64,000 nt of DNA, from NCBI GenBank assembly GCA_965153455.1, contig OZ234493.1, forward strand, positions 30,308,213-30,372,212, given 5' to 3'. Each line of letters begins with the position of its first letter. Position 1 is the stretch's first letter. The stretch is from Sphagnum compactum (taxonomy: Eukaryota). Shown piece after piece: positions 1 through 14,499 of this stretch. A program made the position numbers and the translations under genes. Below the pieces are notes generated by a model. It worked only from the letters and a program-made list of their open reading frames with translations, ran no database searches and was not told where the DNA came from.

Positions 1-2615
1 AGAGGCAACAACTGCCTCAGGAGAAGGAGAGTTTTGCGCATCATGTGCAATGGAAAGCAACATCATTGAAGGATACAAGTTGCCTTGTTGCCAACTGAAG
101 CTTCCCACTGTGTACTACTCCCATCCCCAAACACACATATGACACAACTTTCATCTTGTATTTCACCAATTTGGATCCACTTCATGAACATGTCTCCACA
201 GTAACACTTTGAAGGTAACCAGTATGTCAGTAAAAGAAAACAGGACACATATTAAGCACATCCATAACCTTGTGAGTGCCTCTCAAAAAGTTTCAGATGA
301 TCACCCAAGGAGGAATATTGGCAGGATTACACAGACAAAAGAATCCTAGACTTAGTTTTCAATGAAACAAAAAGTGGTGAGTACCTCAGGAAATGATCCT
401 TGTGTGGTCTCATGAACATGGTAGCACTGATCATGGTCATGTCCTGACAATACCATCACCTGTCCAGAGCCTACCAGAAAAATTATTGGATTGAAATGAC
501 CATGGTTTTTTTAATCTGTGAAACAAATCAAAACAGAAGAAAAACTGCAACAGTTTTCTTGTCAGTTTGATTTGTACAGACTTACAGGTTTTATGGCATC
601 TAGAAGCCTTGTAGATGATGGCTCTGTCAAGTAGTTCTGGTACCTGAGTTATGATCCAAGCACAAGATTAACATCAGGATGATTTTCTCCTGCCCAGCTT
701 CATGTAAGAGAAGCCATATAATGATAACTGCCCAGCTAGACAGAAGAGATTAACCCCAAAACTGAGATTTTGAATGGTTGTCAATTGTCATCAACAAGCA
801 ATGAGAGTAAGGATACAATTCCGGACTCACGAGATTTGGAATGGTTGAGATTGCATGCTTCGAACCCTCTGCACCCATCTCAAGCACAGAAAATTACTAA
901 GGATTGTTCTGTCTAGAGGCCAGTAACTCTGAGATGATTGATGAAGGTTTTTGTAAAATTAGAAAAGCACAGGTGTCATGATGACCTGGTTGATCACAGG
1001 AGAAGCCCGGTTGGCCCCACATGGAGTGTCATCAGGTCGATATAGTGGAATATGTGTCACAAGCACCCTTGGCAAAGGATTCTTCTCTGCACAAACATTG
1101 CAAAGATAAGCAACTCTTAACTGAGACATGGAAACCCATAGTCTGGATAGCTGCCTGAAGACTCAATGACCACATTTCCCCAAGCTCCTGTTCCCCAAAG
1201 TAGAGAGAGAGAATTACCTTTGCTGATTTCTTGGATGAAGCTCCAAGAGCTGTTGGCTACATCTGCAACTGCTGCTGCAAAAGCCAGTTGAGCTGGTTGC
1301 TATATTAATCAGAGAGTTCTCTGGATCTAGACTTTGATACATAAACTTCTTGCCAAGTATTAGAGCATGTGAAAACAGTTTGAAGGAATATGGAAGCAAA
1401 AACTACCATCACTGGGAAAGCAATTAAACACAACCAGAGAAATGGGGCAGGCTTCACCATCAAGGACTTGAGCGTCAACAAAAACAAACTCAACACCTCC
1501 GATTTTGATTCTGTAGTCTAATCCACCAAACACCTGTTTGTAACGTGCCACCACCTACACACAGCCCTGAGTTCATCCTGTCAACATCTTGACCTGATTT
1601 TGCATCAACTCAAATGGTAGTACACAAGCACCTTCCATTATGGGTGACAAGAGAAAATCCTTAACCTCAGGAATTTGGGTTTGCACAGCTTCATAGCCCA
1701 GATCATGGTTGCCAGGGAGTGTATGCATTGGAATCTCTTTCCGACCTCTGTCCTTGATTGCTCCTTGTGATTGATCAAATATATGTCTAAAGCGCTCCAA
1801 GGACTCTTGCCATCTGCAGTTAGAAGCAAAAAGAAAATCAACACAGAAAAGCAACAAGTCAAGCCTGGATATTTCTTTTCAAAACAAAAGCAGAAGCTCC
1901 AGCAAAAAACGACCACGCACTCTTTTGGAGAGAGGAAAGGGCCACCATCAAACAAGTCACCCAAAAACACAATCTGTTCTGGCTCCAAGCCCAACACTGA
2001 TGTTCGGAATGCACGGCGCATGTAAATGTCTGAATAGAATTGCGTCAGCCACAGAGCTAATGATCCAGGCTTCATCCCATATGAAGTCCGATCAGTTATC
2101 TGAGAAAACAGCAAACCAATGAGTCCAGAAATTAGGTCAAAACTGCAATTTGATCATTCTTTCCAATGCAATCTACCTGTAAGAACCATAACATCAGACC
2201 ACAAAATTTGAAAACAAAAACACCTACCTGGGGATCTGCAATCACCAGAACTCGGATGGGACTTTTAGGGGAATCTTGCACCTGGTTGGCATTCTGCAAT
2301 GAAATAACCAATTGAACCAAATCAACAGCATTCAGCTCTCGTTTACTTGGTACTAGCAATTGTAAACTCTCATCAAGGAGCAAGAGTCACCATAACCATG
2401 CATCTGATATTAGGGTTTCTTTTCTTTTTGTTTTGCTTCTTTTTTTTTGGGGTGCATTTCCAAAAACCTGACACACAAGATGTGAGGAAAAAGCTTACCA
2501 AAGAAGGCCAAGGACAAGTCCACACTGGAAGCCAATAAATGAAAACCTCGCCATACAAAAGAGATGCCACCCACATGCATCCCATCACTGCTGCTACTCG
2601 CCATCGCCCATTCAT
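1..2615 (-). CDS. Calcineurin-like metallophosphoesterase, Cdc1/MPPE1 (PGAP5)-like; multi-exon, 3' end runs off the window
   Basis: GT-AG exons: 2615-2499 (N-terminal TM, MNGRWRVAAVMGCMWVASLLYGE), 2293-2228 (VIADPQ), 2099-1921 (FLGDLFDGG), 1813-1666 (LPGNHDLG), 1554-1458, ~1275-1218, ~1088-986 (THIPLYRP), ~840-828 region, ~642-587 (YQNYL), ~459-385 (LSGHDHDQC), ~114-1 (TVGSFSWQQGN). The canonical metallophosphoesterase motifs are all present. Confidence 0.9.
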
Positions 2616-5600
2616 GTTCCTCAAACTCTTGTATCTCAGAACTGCATTTCCAAAAAAGAACTGCAATCACCCACTTCAAGTTTTATTGTCTTATTCTCTT
2701 TCTTGTCCTGTGTCCCTGTCCAGCTTTCTTCTTCTTCTAACATTGGTGATTGTTGAGCTTTCGCTTCATGTGGGTGCAGGAAAAAAGCACATCATCTCCA
2801 TCATACAAGTCCTTAGTCTAACATTTTTTCTGTTCAGCAGATGATCCTTGCAGCAAGTGCAATCGACAACACGGATTTCGCAGATGATCTTCGCACATCC
2901 TCGAACTCATGTGTGTCCCCTTCTTCTCTGCATCCATACCGGCTTCTTCGCTCGCGTGTTCGCAGTCGAGGTGCCAATCCAGATCTCGGATAGTATCACA
3001 TCTCATTCCAGATCCCGGATAGTATCACACCTCGTTCCAGATCCTGATAATATGTCGTGCACAGTGTTCTTATTGTTTTCAATTTTTTAATTTAATTTTC
3101 TGCTGGAAGGGCGGTAGCAAGAGGGATTTAGCCATAAATTGGCGACTTGTTAGTAGAACTTGTCAAAATTTAAAATTTTAAAAAATAGAATGGCTATTTA
3201 TAGCAACCAAGGAATAGACATCTAGGGAAACTAACCCAAAATATCTCTTTTTTGATGATTTGTTTTCAAAAAACAGAAAATCTTAAGACAAAATATTTCC
3301 TTTTTTTTTCAAAAAAGAAATTCCCCAAAAAAACGGTGGTGCATTACTAGATCAATAATGTCCAACATTGTCAAAACTAACAAAATCACACATAGGAAAA
3401 TAATAAAACAAAATGTAAACACAAGAATAAATAAATAAAAATCGCAACTTCATTTTCAACTAAGGTTTCCAATTGTAAATGTCATGTGTAACTAAATTAT
3501 AATTTAAATATATATGTTTTTATAATTGTCTATTAAGAAAAGTCAACGACTCCAAATAAGTTTAAACCAAACATATCCGTATAATTGAACATATTCTCAA
3601 CTACAATCAATTAATGTGAAATGAATGAATGAATGTCATCTGTTTATGTGACATATCATCCGTCCTCATGTTGTAGCATTAAATTGTTCAAATTAAGATG
3701 ATTCAATGGATCATAACTTGTCATACCATCGAAATCATGGGAAAATGAAATTATTTCATGTTGAAATGTCTTTTAAACTTGTTGAATTGGATTATGCCAC
3801 ATGGCTATGACACATGCATGATGCACATGTTGCAAATGTTTTACATGTCTAGGTTTGAATCAACTTGTTGATTTTAATGAATGGTTTAAAGTCAACAAGT
3901 CGATTCAAATGTGGTTAGTATAAACTATAAAACCCTTATGCAATGGCCTTGTACAAGTTACACTTTTTCATCACAAATCATTCCAAATTTGGCAAGCAAA
4001 AGAAAATCCAAACTCCCATTTTGTATAATCTACAATCTAACAACCTTCAAGCAAAAACATTGATCTCACCCAAAAAAAATTTAAAGCTTAATTAATCATG
4101 ATTTGTATAAGAATTTGTACCTTCAAAATTTGAATTGTGTTAGAATGATGTTTATCAAGAGTTGAAGACCCTTGGTTAAGTTCCAAATCGAATTTTGTTC
4201 AAGTAAGATTTTTGGAATTTGAGTCCCAACACAAATATTTTTTCAATTTTTGTAACCTTCAAGTAGGGTAACCAAGAAGCAAAATAAGAACTTGCATTAG
4301 AATCGATTGAAATTTTAAAATTGGGCAACATTTAATTTTAACTAATGTTTGCCAGGTATTTGATTTTGTCAATACACATTAATTTTGGTTTTTAATACCC
4401 TTAAAATTTTGTAGTTTTCATGAAAGAAAATACAAAAAATAGTTGTTTTTATAAAAAGTTTGTTTAATTTCTTTAAAATCGTGGTTATAATTAACAAACT
4501 TCCAAATGAGAACCCATGAGGGTTTAATGTGGTTTCCAATACATTCGACATTTGGTTTCAACCATTGTTATACCAATACATATATTTTGACTTTCCAAAT
4601 TGGTTTGAAACATTCAAGAATTAGAAAATTAGTTATTAAGCAAGTGTTGATATGGTGTTGAGGTTTTTTTAACCTTATCACTATGATAAGAATAGTTATT
4701 TTTAAAAACAATAATGAATGGCATGAGTATCATGATTTTGTGAAATGTCTTACCAAGAGAATATGCATATTGTTATGGTAAATGAAACTTTTTTGCATAT
4801 CAATACAAATGACAAAATATAATATAAAATTGTAATAACATCCTTGAAGTTTGAAAGACAAAATTGGTAGCAAAAAAGTGGTAAATCCAAGATATTACCG
4901 TTACTTTCACTTTCATGGTTGCCATTGAAGGCATGTGATGAACATTCAATGTGTAAGGAGCAACTTAAATCCTATAAACTATATGAAGATTCAAACTCCT
5001 ACTATGGACATATTTTTTTATACTGTAAAAGAAGGAAAATGCAATAGTAACATCAATAACTTGGATACAATGCAATGTGAAATTTAAAATATTATTTTAA
5101 AAAGTATATTAATTTTGAGCAAGGTGTGAAATTATTTTTGCCATCACTATTGGTGGTAAAACTAATTCACCTTGAGTTTGTGTGACAATGGTAGTTTCAA
5201 CATGCCTTGATTACCTATATCAATGTGACATCACACATGAAAGAATCACATTCATTGCATAATGACATTGCTCATTTTAGTAAACTCAAAATACAATCGT
5301 CATAAAAATTAATGGAACCATGTAATTAACACAATTGAGTAATTTGAATGCAAATTAAATTTTAATAAAAAAATAGAGACTATAACTAGGTTTCCAACTA
5401 ATACCCACAAATTGGTTTCAATTTCAAGTCAAATAATTGTATCCCCAATACATACATGGATGGAAAAAATAATCATATTCTCTTTAGAGTAAAACAAATT
5501 AACAAACACCTCCCTTGTGGGCAAGTCAGCAAATCTTATTTTCCCCAAAATGTAAGGCATAACAAACATTCCTCCTTTTTTTTTTGAAAACCAAAAAAAA

Positions 5601-6849
5601 AAAAGTGCAGAAGTAATGTGCCAAAACCCTATCTATAAATAGCTATCACATATTGAACTATTAATTCACTCAAAATAATTTTTAAAAAATTTCAGACCAT
5701 CAAATTTAATAATCCCATTACCAAAAATTGAAAATAATGATATTTTTTTACCATTTCCCTCAATCTTAATAAAATCTCCTCACCTACCTACCAAACTAGT
5801 GCATTCAAAATAAGTAAAGAAAAAAAATAAAACACCAAATCTAACAATTTCATTAGTTCTAACAATTTTTCTTCACACCTCACACAAACCTATTCAACAA
5901 CTTCTATATATTTGCATATTAATATTATAATCTTTGTCTACATATTAGGTTAAAAACTTTTTAGGAAGACACAAAAATAGATTATGTAACCTAGGACCCC
6001 TAACTAAGGAAAACCAACTCCTACATTGGTACCAATAACATTAAAAAAATAGTGGATGACCTTCAAAAAGTCATCCAATATACCTCCTTATATCACTTTT
6101 CACAATAACCTCCTAAATTTGCTTTCCTTATTTTAGTAATGCATATTTATCTTCGTTATATTTGTATTCTAATATGTCTATATTTATAGGTAGTTGAATA
6201 AAAGTTTAGTATTTTTATTTTCCTTCTCCTTGCTATTTAGCTTTAAACAAAACCCTTATGAAACAAATAAATACCACATCAAAACTTGAAAAACACAAAA
6301 CATTGTGATTACACACCAATGCATTCATGTAAGGCAAGAGATTTGGCACATATAGCATGCACATTCTATTCAAACTCCACCAAGGGAGTTGAAGTAGCAT
6401 TTGTTTCACAAAGTCATAAAGACACAAAATTCTTCCCACATTTGGTAGGATTTTGGGTAAGAGGCAAACAAAATAACCCCATATGACAACTTCACCTTAA
6501 CATTTCCATAAGTTTTGGAATTTTCTTATTAGATTGCACTACACAACAAGGGTGCCATTAGGTTGTGATAATGCACAAACATAAATCTCAAAGGTCTTTT
6601 GTTAAAAAAATCTCAAGGTTTTTATTCATGAGAGTTATTGTTTTCAACTTCAAGGTGCAAAGACTAGAGAGCAAAGACCTAGTTATTGAATTCATTGCCC
6701 ATGTTGTGTTTTCTTGTCAAATTCTAAAATGCATGCAACCTCCAAAAATAACTTCTATCAAAGAACATATTTATGCCATAACATTGAAACCTCCATATAT
6801 GCGCATGATGAAAAAAACAAATGACATTGAAACACAAAAACATATTTAG

Positions 6850-9800
6850 GAGGAACCCACAAGGGAAAGAGCCAAAAAACATGCCCAAAATTAACAAAAG
6901 AAAAGGTCAACAAGTCAAAGCTAGGTGATAGACTAGTAAAGGCCACTAGACCAAGCAATCAAAGGAAAGCCAAAAACAAAACAAAGAAAACCAGAATAAA
7001 ACAAGTCAAAGGCCAAAAAGACCCAATCAATGTCAAAGTCCAAAGAAAAAGGAAACCGATAGGTAAAAAAGAAGCCATCTAAATGACAAGATGAAAAAGT
7101 CTAGGAACAAGCAAGAAAAACAATACAAGTCTGGCAAGGCTTCAGTAAGAAATATCATGTGAAGAAAAAATCAAAGGAGGAACAAAATGCCACCAAACAG
7201 TGTTGGAGTTATCCATAAATATGCCATTATGACACCATTCCTTCTAGAAAGTGATCTCAAGTCATTGTTGTATGCATGGATCTTGACTCGTCGCCTTGTG
7301 TCAATGAAATGCAACCCAAGTCACCATGCCAATTTCAATAGTTATAGTCCATGCATTCATTAAAATCTTTTTAGTAAAGTAGATTCCTAAATGCAACAAG
7401 CATCTTTCAATCCAAAGAAAAAACATGATCATAGATTTGAATGTGTTGATGGCCTAGAATGGAAATGGATATCATGTTGGATGGTTCGAAAAGTCTTTCG
7501 ATGTCGGATGATTTTCATCATAAGCCAAGTCTCCAAGAATGAAATCAATTCAATATGTGTCTCTAATCAAGTTGACCTTCCCCACAACTTCCAAATGTCG
7601 TCAAAAGCTAGCCAAGGATGGTTTGCTACCCAACAACTCTTTAAACAATGTTTAAGAGTTTCAAGTGTTTCAAACCCACATACCTAACACCTAACTTCAA
7701 GACCCATTTGAACCAACTAAGACCAATAGGTAATCATTTATGCAATATAAACCAAGTTATTGTTGCGATCTTTTTGGGCTTAGAATGATGCCAAAGACAT
7801 TCAAGTACGGTGTTGCATTGTTGTTCCATCAAACCCCAATCTTTAAGTTCCTTGACAAAGGAACTCGAATCCTCTCAAGAAGCCCTACTAGTCCTATAAC
7901 CTCTATTTGTTGAATATCCAAAGAATGTCAACTCCTTTAGACCTTGGCCAACCTTCCAAATCCATTCACTAGGATCCCATGGTAGGCCAACAATAAATCC
8001 AGATTGGAATAACACAAATTCAAGAGCCTTAAAAATCCATTGGTCAATTCATCTAGGCTTGTTTGCTTTAAAGTTGGCTCAAAATAATGATTTGTTTCCT
8101 TCCTCACAAGGACTTTCACACAAGCAAGGCTTTGTGTTGCAATACAAAAAGGTTCACAAGGGATTATAGAAATATGACCTATGTCTTTGCATACATTAAA
8201 CTTTTGAGCCCTAATAGAATTAACCAAATTTTCTACAACCTTATACACCCAATCATGCCTAGCCATCTAATTCAACGGTAATGTCAAGTAATGTTCACCA
8301 ATCACCTTCTGTTGGATATGCAAACTCATTATTCAAGTTCCATGGGATGGATGCAATGAAATTTTTTCTAGCCATTATCAACATAATAGTCCTTCGAGGC
8401 ATTCGAATCTTAATCATACCAAATTTGTTCCAATTTCCACAACTAACATCCCAAAAGTTACTGATGCATGAACAACTAGTCGTGGCAATAGGCCTCTTCA
8501 TATGGGTTGTAGTTTGCTGCAAAGGATTTGGGATAAGAAGTGGGATGAGATTATTGTCAAATAATGGTTGTTGAAGCATTTCCTCCAAAAAGTTCGACTC
8601 TTTTTTGGTCAACCCAAGTCTCCATGCATCCATAATAAAATTCCAAAGAAATGAAGGGTATGCCTAAATTTTACAGCTCTAAACAACCGATTAATATATG
8701 GAAGCATTGTGAAGCAAGTTTTTCCTTGTGGTTGCAACAAGTTTGCACACCTCCGTAATAAAAATCTTTCCAAGGTTCTTCACCTAGCAATAGACCCCAA
8801 AACCATTAACTTCAGAAGAAGAACTTTTGCTTGGGTTTTGGATCAATAATGCTTAACCCCCTTGAAACACTAGTAATGTAATAACATCCCATCTTACCTT
8901 CACTCAATACATGTATACCTTACCCCCCATATGAAATTCTACATCAAATTTTTTATTTAAGCACACATGCGTAGATTAGGACTCCAACATGTTGCTATGT
9001 ACCATATAGATGCAAACAAAACTTAGTTCGCTATTAAAATTTGACCAACTAATGATATTTTGCATGTGACCCCATTAATCAATTTTGACTTGAAAACTAA
9101 CATTAATTTCCCAAAATTGGCTTTAACCAAGAAGTGGAAACCTATTTGAAGACCCAAGTATTTTACTCCTTGTCCCCAAGGAATCCAACATAACCCTTCT
9201 TTTCTACCCCAATCAAAATCCCTCTGGCTATCAAATGCTCAAATGGTTGATGATTTTCGTTAGTTAATTTTTTACCTATAGTAGTACAAAACAAAAAATT
9301 ACCCCACAAGCTCTTTCCAAATTTTTAGCCAAACATTCCAAATAAAGTGTAATGTCATTAGCAAATGATTGATTTCGAAGAATCCCACCATTGGGTAATT
9401 TCAAACCTCGCACCGCATAGCAAATATTAGAAAAAAATGTACCCAAGCACATCTATAATGAGGATGGAAAGGTACAGTGAGAGTGGACAACCTTGTTGCA
9501 CTGACCTCAAAAGAGAAAAAGGTAAGCCATTTTCACCATTCATCCAGATTGAAGATGTTATTGATTTGTAAAGTGCCGAAACCCATAAAACCCATCATTC
9601 ATTGAATCCCAAAACACAAAGAACTATGAATAGGAAATCCCAATTAATTTTGTTAAACATTTTTTCAAAATCAAGTAGAAGCAAGACTAGTTTTTGCTCA
9701 CTTTCCATTGCCCAATCCATTGCATCCCTTGCATCCCTTGCAAGGAAAAGATTATTTAGTATGTTTTAGTTAGCTACAAATCTAGTTTTATTAGGTTAGA

Positions 9801-11257
9801 TGATTTGAGGTAAATGGGCTTGTATACGCCTTGTTAGCAACTTGGTGACCATTTTGTAAACACTTCTCAAGAATGTTATGGGCCACTAGTTCCCAATTGA
9901 AGACCTATCTCCAAACTTTGGAATGAGCACAATCAAGCCTTTATTAAGAAACTTCAAAAGTTGACCTATCACTAACATGGTTTTAGTTGCTTCCAATACA
10001 CCCAGACTAGTTTCGTTTAGAATTTATTGAAAAAATTCCATTGGTAAACCATCAGGTCCAACTACCTTGCCCTTGGAGAGCGAGTTGATAATTGTTTTCA
10101 TCTCGTCCAATATGATGTTCTTGACTAGCTTACTTTAGTTCTTTTGACATTTTATGAGGGATTGAAGTAAAACATTATACCCTGATTGTCCTTATTGCAT
10201 CATCTTTTAGATCTACGAAATATAAATTTTGTAAAATTTTCGCACATATTGACTAAGTTTAGCTTAAGCAGTAAGAATCTTACCATCATCAATTAATTCT
10301 TTAATAAATATTTTTTTATGTTCGCATTTATGAAAATTGAAAGATGTTTTGGAGCAAGTATCCCTGAACCGGAACCAATGAGTTGTTATGTTGTGTATTC
10401 CTTGATTTAGGTTTACCTATAAACTTTAGTGAATTGAGCTTGAGATTTTGAGAGCATCTTTTAGGCACCTTCATTTGTTGGATCACCTTGTAATTGTATT
10501 TTAGTAAGTGTGACACGATTTGAGTACTTATGAATGTGTTCACATCATCGCTTCCATCGGATTTTGGATAAGATATCACCTCTAGCCACAACTTTTTGAA
10601 TGGCCTTTCCCAGCCATTTGGCCCCTTCAATCACTAAAATTGGTTTGTCATCACCATTTTTCCATGTATCAATGAGATTTGGCTTAAGGAATGAATCCTC
10701 CAATAGTTTTAAGTCAAAGACTCAGGAGTACCAAGATTTGACCCCACATGTGAAAGCCAAATCTAGAGGGATTTAGGAGAATGATTTGACACCTTTCTAA
10801 GAGATGTTAACACACCTATCCTGCCCCCTAGATCATTTAGCCTTGTTGACACATTAACACCTATCCAATCGTGAAACAATTGATTAAGCACTAGTTATTT
10901 GATTATTAAATGTGATGGATTTGGCTGAAGTTTTATGAAAGTTGTCGAAAGTCCATGCATATCTTAAGCCCCAACTTAGTGTCATATTGTGCCAAATGCA
11001 GCCTCTCGTCTCCTCATGAAGTGGTGTCCTACCGCATTTGTTTGATGCCCATCTTCAATCATATTGAAATTCCTAGCCATAACCCACTATGCGGCATTCA
11101 AATCATGGTCTACAATGGCCCTCCACATCAAAGCCCTTTCTTTGGAGGTTTGAGCTGCATATACATTAATGATCCTTACTGAATTTGCATAAAATATCTT
11201 TAGTACAATGTACTAGGCCCAACCTTCCATGATAATACCATGTTGAAGAATGGCAAG
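6850..11257 (-). mobile_element. Degenerate L1/Tx1-type LINE, 3' part (C-terminal half of endonuclease, reverse transcriptase, ORF2 C-terminus); split by the CACTA element
   Basis: Minus-strand fragments with stops and frameshifts: IINVYA..ER.LMW and W.MARNFNMIE (APE endonuclease, ~11050-11250), GPDGLPMEFF, GNxWPITFLRSVYKMVTKLL and VLLLLDFEKMFNKINWDF (RT, ~9600-10080). The 3' boundary is approximate. Confidence 0.8.
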
Positions 11258-11475
11258 CACTACAACAACAAGGGGCTATTTTGCGATCCAAATATCATCG
11301 CAAACAACAAAGAAAGAAATTTTCAAAAGCTCGTTGTTGTGAACCATAATTCCTCGCAAACTTTTAACCTTTTGCGATACCATAACATTCGCACCCGTAC
11401 CATTGCAAGTCCTTCACAACTCCCGAACTTGATAAAATCGCAAAACTTTCCCGATTATAACTGCTTCTATACATT

Positions 11476-12323
11476 GTTTGCGATTAACACTACATCAGAA
11501 ACTATTTGCAACAAACCCATCACCGCAACGACTTAGCGAATCGACTCAAAAGTCTATCGGTTTCTGATATAAGATCTGATGCAAACATTTCGAGATTCTC
11601 AAAATGCCGCTAAAAGTTTGCGATTAACATTACATCGGAAACTATTTGCAACAAACCCATCACCGCAACGACTTAGCGAATCGACTCAAAAGTCTATCTG
11701 TTTCCGATGTAAGATCTAATGCAAACATTTTGGGATTCTCAAAATGCCGCTAAAAGTTTGCGATTAACATTACATCGGAAACTATTTGCAACAAACCCAT
11801 CACCGCAACGACTTAGCGAATCGACTCAAAAGTCTATCGGTTTCCGATATAAGATCTGACGCAAACATTTCGGGATTCTCAAAATGACGCTAAAAGTTTG
11901 CGATTAACATTACATCGGAAACTATTTGCAACAAACCCATCACCGCAACGACTTAGCGAATCGACTCAAAAGTCTATCGGTTTCCGATATAAGATCTGAC
12001 GCAAACATTTCGGGATTCTCAAAATGGCGCTAAAAGTTTGTAATTAACATTACATCGGAAACTATTTGCAACAAACCCATCACCGCAACGACTTAGCGAA
12101 TCGACTCAAAAGTCTATCGGTTTCCGATATAAGATTTAACGCAAACATTTCAGGATTCTCAAAATGCCGCTAAAAGTTTGCGATTAACATTACATCGGAA
12201 ACTATTTGCAACAAACCCATCACCGCAACGACTTAGCGAATCGACTCAAAAGTCTATCTGTTTCCGATGTAAGATCTGACGCAAACATTTTGGGATTCTC
12301 AAAATGCCGCTAAAAGTTTGCGA
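11476..12323 (+). repeat. Tandem array of six ~140-bp units in the left subterminal region of the CACTA element
   Basis: GTTTGCGATTAACATTACATCGGAAACTATTTGCAACAAACCC...CTCAAAATGCCGCTAAAA recurs at 11476, 11616, 11756, 11896, 12036 and 12176 (exact period of 140), with only scattered substitutions. Confidence 0.97.
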
Positions 12324-12425
12324 AATCTATGATTTCACAAACCTATTCTGGAATGATTTTACCTGTAAGAGTGTAGCGATGTCTGTGACATGGTATATTT
12401 GGTCTTTTGGCTTTTGTAGTGTTGC

Positions 12426-12606
12426 GAAGAATTATGACTCGCAAATGGTTTTGAGATCCACTGTGTATCGCAAGAGCATGGCACTGTATTCTTATTTTGG
12501 AAGCAGGGTTTATATTCATTTGGAGTCACTTTGGAAGGCAAAAAAAAAAATCTATATCAAAATTTCAAAATTTACAATGTAAAAGGGTTTGCAACCCTTG
12601 GGTATC
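12426..12606 (+). repeat. 181-bp direct repeat, copy 1 (left flank of cargo)
   Basis: GAAGAATTATGAC...CCCTTGGGTATC matches 24949-25129 with 2 mismatches by eye. Confidence 0.95.
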
Positions 12607-14499
12607 GAGGAGGTGGCTCTGTGAAGTGTTGAATTACACAACTCTCAGATAATGTTACTAGATCCCCTACCTTCCCTTCCATAACACACCTATCATAACA
12701 TATCATGACAGACTTAAGTGTCTTGTAATATTCTTCTCTACCCTACAAAAAGCACCTAGCTTCAATGCAAGTGTTTAGACTTCTTTAATCTCCACTGTGT
12801 TTTACCCTGGAAGATTTCTGCACCATCAACTTGCAACCGCAACAAATGTGTAAACTATAAGTGTGGAGGTACACACTTGGCAACATCTGGAATTGATGTT
12901 TGAGATCCAGCTGTGTATGAACAACCTGCTCCATTCACCTCTACTTCAGCTTCCTTCTCTAGCTCTGCAGTACAGGATGTAGGACTGCACATTGACTGTA
13001 AAGCATCAGATTGGCTGCACTCTCTTCTGTACTTGAGTGTCATGTTTGAAAGTTCATAGTTTTCAAAAACTACAACTGGAACACTCTACAGCCAAAGCCA
13101 CATTTTGAATTAGCCTTGTGTCCACATTTCCTATTGACCAGCCAAACAATGAAACAAGTATCCTGCATGAGCATGGCACTTAGATAACAGAAAATAACAC
13201 CAAATCTCCCAAACATCAGGTAGAAAAGCATAATTACTCTTGAAGCCAAGTGCTCTCAAATATTGACCTGTCACACACCATCGGTCATCACAAACTGAAG
13301 TATGTATGTAAGTAATCAGTAAAAGAAACAAATATCTTTTATTTGACTTCTGAGAAAACAGGCTAAGAGAAGCTTACCTCCATCACCCATCCAACATATT
13401 TCACATTGTTGACATACTGATTCATGTCCAAATCACCACGTTTTGGCTGCAAAGAAAACTAGAACAAAGAAAAAAAAAACAAGCAGCGAACAATATGAAC
13501 AAACTAAAGATGTTTGAAACAAAGCAGGTGACTCCTGATTTGACAAAAAACCTGAACACTTTTTTTTTGTCCAAGGGCCAGAACCAATCTCATCTTTGGA
13601 CCTTGGACAAGTCGTGAAGATCACCAACTTTGTTGCACCCACCAAAAATGCCACAGTACACATACAGAACACACCAATGTCGATAGCAGAAGCAGCCAGG
13701 GTCTTTTTAAACGTAGCCACTCTGGCAGCATCTGTTGCTCTCCCACTGTACATGGCCATGAATTACCCACTGAGTCCCTTTGCTTGCAGTTACAAATGGG
13801 TAACTGGATGATTCCACTGAAGCCAACAAAGTCTCATCATTTGCATCACTTGCAATATCCTATTAAGTCACAAGGCATCACACCTGACTCATATTTCTGA
13901 GATTTGAAGAAAACTCCATAAGAATGATTCACAATTACAAGATGAGTCCAGTGATTACCTTTTGGGTGCTACTCACAAAGTATGAAATCATGAACGGAAA
14001 TCACTCCTTACTCACTACTTCTACCCTACAGCCACAATGGTAGGAGCTTTTGCAGCCTAGAAGGAGAATGAAGCTCAAAGGAAAAATGTCTTATTCTGCC
14101 CACAAGATACAGACACCCAAGCTAGGGACTCAGATCCTTTTAGACTGCGCTGCTCTAAGGAATAGCTGCCTTGTATGTTGCAAGCTGAGATGTCCAAAAA
14201 GGTTTCACAAATCTGTAGTGCCACTAAGGTGACAATCTTGGGTACATTTGACTTCAATCGGTTTAGCTCCTTCAACGACCAATATCACAAAAAATTCTAG
14301 GGTCCATACAGGTTTAATATGGACACTCGTTAAGCAGCTTTGTATCAAAAATTAGGGAGTTTAAAAAATCATGGTTCAAGTGGTTCCCATGATGGGAAAA
14401 ACCACCTTGCAATCTCTGCAACTGTCTTTGGATTTGCACCAAGGCGGCTGGGTTGTGTAGGCAAGGGAACTGATGAACTAGGTAGTACAATTTGGCATA

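Noticed and set aside
3700-5300. Possible decayed hAT-like transposase remnant
   Set aside because: Only faint peptide hints; no termini or convincing motif could be established by eye.
11476-12323. Regular repeat array as a possible CRISPR array
   Set aside because: The whole 140-bp unit repeats with no unique spacers; eukaryotic context; no cas genes.
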